Shown: piece by piece, positions 61,661 to 64,000 of the stretch
How the letters are laid out: every line of letters begins with the position of its first letter
How positions within the stretch are numbered: position 1 is the stretch's first letter
Source of the DNA: Verrucomicrobiales bacterium
Lineage (GTDB): Bacteria > Verrucomicrobiota > Verrucomicrobiia > Verrucomicrobiales > SLCJ01
Reading direction: 5' to 3'
Length of the DNA: 64,000 nucleotides
Assembly (NCBI GenBank): GCA_046075565.1
Contig: JBJTQJ010000112.1
Location: 1 to 64,000, forward strand
Program-made: the position numbers and the translations under genes
Notes under the pieces: model-generated
Databases searched by the model: none
What the model saw: only the letters and a program-made list of their open reading frames with translations
Told to the model about the DNA's origin: nothing

Positions 61661-63274
61661 TCAGAAAGAGTTTGTCCCGGTTCCGGGGTTGGGGGCCAAT
61701 GAGAAATGGGTGTGGGCGGCTCGGTAATGGCCATCGGGCTGGTGTAAGAGAAGAATGGTGGCGCGACCGGAACGCTCGAACTCCGTTCCATCCGCTCGAC
61801 GGCCCATTGACTTCCATAACGCGGTCAGAACCAAGGCCGTGTTATCCGCCGACGATTGGCAGTGTATGCTTTCGGGGCAAAAATGAAAGCCATTGGTTCG
61901 CGGCCAAATGAATGACCACTGGCGAGTCCGAAGGTCATCGATTCCCGTTGCTTCCTCGGCGATGGTGCCGAATCCAAGAATACCGGGGAGGCAGAGGCGT
62001 TCGCCCGCTCCGAAATCGCAAGCCCTCACACAGGCTGCGAATTGCTCCAGCCAAGCGTGGCCGGTAGCGACGCGAACTTCTGCTCCCATTGTTTCCGGGG
62101 CCAAACGCTCCCTCGCTTCGGTGATACACTGCTCGAATTCGGCGAGCCACCAAGTTCCGGCACCGATGCCCACCACGACTGCGAGGATACTTTCCGCAGT
62201 CTGAAGGTTCTGTCGATCACGAAGCCGCAAAGCCCTGATTTCGCCAGGCCGGAATTGGCGCGGAAAAGCCGCAGGGATTTCACCGCGGACTGCCAGAAAA
62301 CACAATTGTGTGGCAATACACTTGAAACATACGCCGCAGTTGGCCGCCGCGTCCGGTCCTTCCCAACACACGCGCAGACGGGCGGCGGCCACGCCCCAAT
62401 CGGCGATGCCGCGCACCTTGCCGAGTTTGTTCCATGGTGTGCCGTGATGGACAATTGGAAAACCCGGCAGCCCTAGGGAAGGGTCCAGTGCCGGATGCGA
62501 GCCCCAGCGCGCCTTGAGATCTCGAATCTGATAGGTCGATGGAATCACACCCGCCGAGTGTCCGCTGCGGAAGACGTGCAAGAGCGCCGCCAAATGAATA
62601 CCGTGCACTTCCTGGCCCCAGTCCAATCCGAATTTGTGGCAAAGATCCCGGATATTGGTCCTGGCCACCAGCAACCTTGCTCCCGCCGCTTCCAGGATGG
62701 GCCGTACCCGTTCCACCGCTGCCGCGAATCCCGCGTGATTGTTTTTCTCGATATCGAACCCGTGGACAAAGAGACCGGCCGCGAGGGGAATGCCAAGGGG
62801 ATTGGCGGCGCCGGAGAAAAGCCGCGCCGTAAAACTGCTGTCCACTCCTCCGCTGAAGCACATCAAACAGCCTCGGGCAGCAGAGACGAGATCCGGCGGC
62901 ACCGCGGCAGCGTCCTGGCCGGGATTTTCACTGAACGTGCTCACGGGCACGCTATGGAATTTTCCTGGAAACAACGAAACCATGCTCAGTTGCCATTCTG
63001 CCACCCCGGCGATCAATGATGGCGATACCGTTCCCCGGACTTCGAAAGGCAGGCCCACTTTCATCGCTGCCGGAAGGGCGGCGAGAAAAAAAGCGTCCCC
63101 AACCGCCGGTTCCCCCGGCGCGACCGCTTCCTCGGGTAATTCGATCCACAATTTAGCGGCCGGGTGCCCGGGAGCATTAAATACCGCTTCGAGTCTAGGC
63201 CCGGAAACGGTGCGAATCTCCAATACCGCGCGATCGAAGGGAAGATTGGAAATGCGGGTATCGGTCAAAGCCAT
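61661..63274 (-). CDS. QueC-like PP-loop/Cys4 protein P5 fused to a SnoaL/NTF2-like domain
   Basis: CFSGGVDS, VHGFDI, RTNIR, WGSHP, LRVCW..NCGVCFKC; C-terminal GFGT..QW..IWP..RSGRAT..HTHFS. Confidence 0.75.
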   Translation of the reverse strand: MALTDTRISNLPFDRAVLEIRTVSGPRLEAVFNAPGHPAAKLWIELPEEAVAPGEPAVGDAFFLAALPAAMKVGLPFEVRGTVSPSLIAGVAEWQLSMVSLFPGKFHSVPVSTFSENPGQDAAAVPPDLVSAARGCLMCFSGGVDSSFTARLFSGAANPLGIPLAAGLFVHGFDIEKNNHAGFAAAVERVRPILEAAGARLLVARTNIRDLCHKFGLDWGQEVHGIHLAALLHVFRSGHSAGVIPSTYQIRDLKARWGSHPALDPSLGLPGFPIVHHGTPWNKLGKVRGIADWGVAAARLRVCWEGPDAAANCGVCFKCIATQLCFLAVRGEIPAAFPRQFRPGEIRALRLRDRQNLQTAESILAVVVGIGAGTWWLAEFEQCITEARERLAPETMGAEVRVATGHAWLEQFAACVRACDFGAGERLCLPGILGFGTIAEEATGIDDLRTRQWSFIWPRTNGFHFCPESIHCQSSADNTALVLTALWKSMGRRADGTEFERSGRATILLLHQPDGHYRAAHTHFSLAPNPGTGTNSF

Positions 63275-63526
63275 GGTGGAACGCGGCGGCATTCTACCCC
63301 ATGCGGATGGGCCGTGCAATTTTCTCCCCAAAGGCAAAGCCCAGATGCTGGGCCGGGCATGCGCCGCGTTCCATCTTTCCGAGCGTTCGGCGTTTCCATG
63401 AAAGGCCCTACACGGCTTTCTTATGCGCATGGCCTCTAGGACACTGGTGTCAGATGAGACGCGAGGGTGGCCAGAACGGTATCCGATCCTATAGGCACGA
63501 TTGTCCGTGATGGTGTCGGGAGGTTT

Positions 63527-63599
63527 GTTGGAGTTCGGGCTTTAGCCCGTCGGACGGTTGGCCCTGCGGCATGAGACGGGCTGAAGCCCGAACTCCAAC
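63527..63599. repeat. inverted REP pair (family 3)
   Basis: GTTGGAGTTCGGGCTTTAGCCCGTC and GACGGGCTGAAGCCCGAACTCCAAC; each is itself palindromic. Confidence 0.8.
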
Positions 63600-63745
63600 C
63601 ATGAGTCGAGGGCTTCGTGCAGCGCCTGAATCAGTGGAAAAGAAGAGCCACTTTACCTCCAAAAAGCGCTGTCGATGCAGGCGCTTTCCCAAGCATGGGT
63701 TCCGCCTGATCACCGCGCTCGCTCCTGCCCGCCGATCAACTTCGG

Positions 63746-64000
63746 TCAGGGTGAGGATTGTTTTGGCAATGAAGCCTTTAGCTCTTTCACGTAGGATTCT
63801 TCGATCTCGTTGGCCTGGCGTCGGAATTCCTGGTAGGCCTGATACTGCGCCATATTCAGAATCATGCTCAGCCCCACCCCCACCCGCAAGAGCTCTGGTG
63901 TTGTATCGCAAAAAGGGTCCTTGGAGCGAGTTTTCAGAAGCTCGAAATTCCGATCGGTTTCGATTTTGAATAGTTCACGGCGTTGATGTTCGCTCAGTTC
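63746..64000 (-). CDS. 3' end of a hypothetical protein truncated by the window edge
   Basis: Open frame from the edge: ELSEHQRRELFK...LPKQSSP*. Confidence 0.5.
   Translation of the reverse strand, partial: ELSEHQRRELFKIETDRNFELLKTRSKDPFCDTTPELLRVGVGLSMILNMAQYQAYQEFRRQANEIEESYVKELKASLPKQSSP

Noticed and set aside
51527-63274. QueC-based antiphage or DNA-modification system (QatABCD, type IV CBASS, Dpd)
   Set aside because: No TatD, P-loop ATPase, CD-NTase, TGT/DpdA or queDE partner is visible; the neighbours are glycan enzymes.

Overview
A GC-rich bacterial window, most likely from Verrucomicrobiota (PVC superphylum). This is inferred from the DUF1501/DUF1800 and DUF1549/DUF1553 cytochrome families, exosortase/EpsI and the REP types. 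From 1 to 51.4 kb it holds mostly intact core and PVC-typical genes: a DUF1800-DUF1501 pair, system II cytochrome c maturation, nagB, a sulfatase, PMI, exosortase/EpsI, upp, lptC/A/B-hpf, GT39, two PSCyt/DUF1553 paralogs flanking a DUF1501 gene, fabD, pdxA, ROK, a PQQ sugar dehydrogenase, glutaminase, a REP-flanked Y1 transposase, a U32 protein and an ABC exporter. The most unusual part is about 49.5-63.3 kb. It carries five paralogous QueC-like PP-loop/Cys4 proteins of unknown function, interleaved with a tryptophan 2,3-dioxygenase-like gene, a polysaccharide pyruvyl transferase, a GT2, an AsnB-type amidotransferase, a SnoaL-like domain and a divergent GT-C-like membrane protein. This reads as an uncharacterised glycan-tailoring system. 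It also holds the only ORF-breaking lesions I found in the window (2 in-frame stops, 3 frameshifts), which suggests locus-specific decay. All family assignments come from motif recognition by eye, not database searches. No rRNA, tRNA or CRISPR array was seen.
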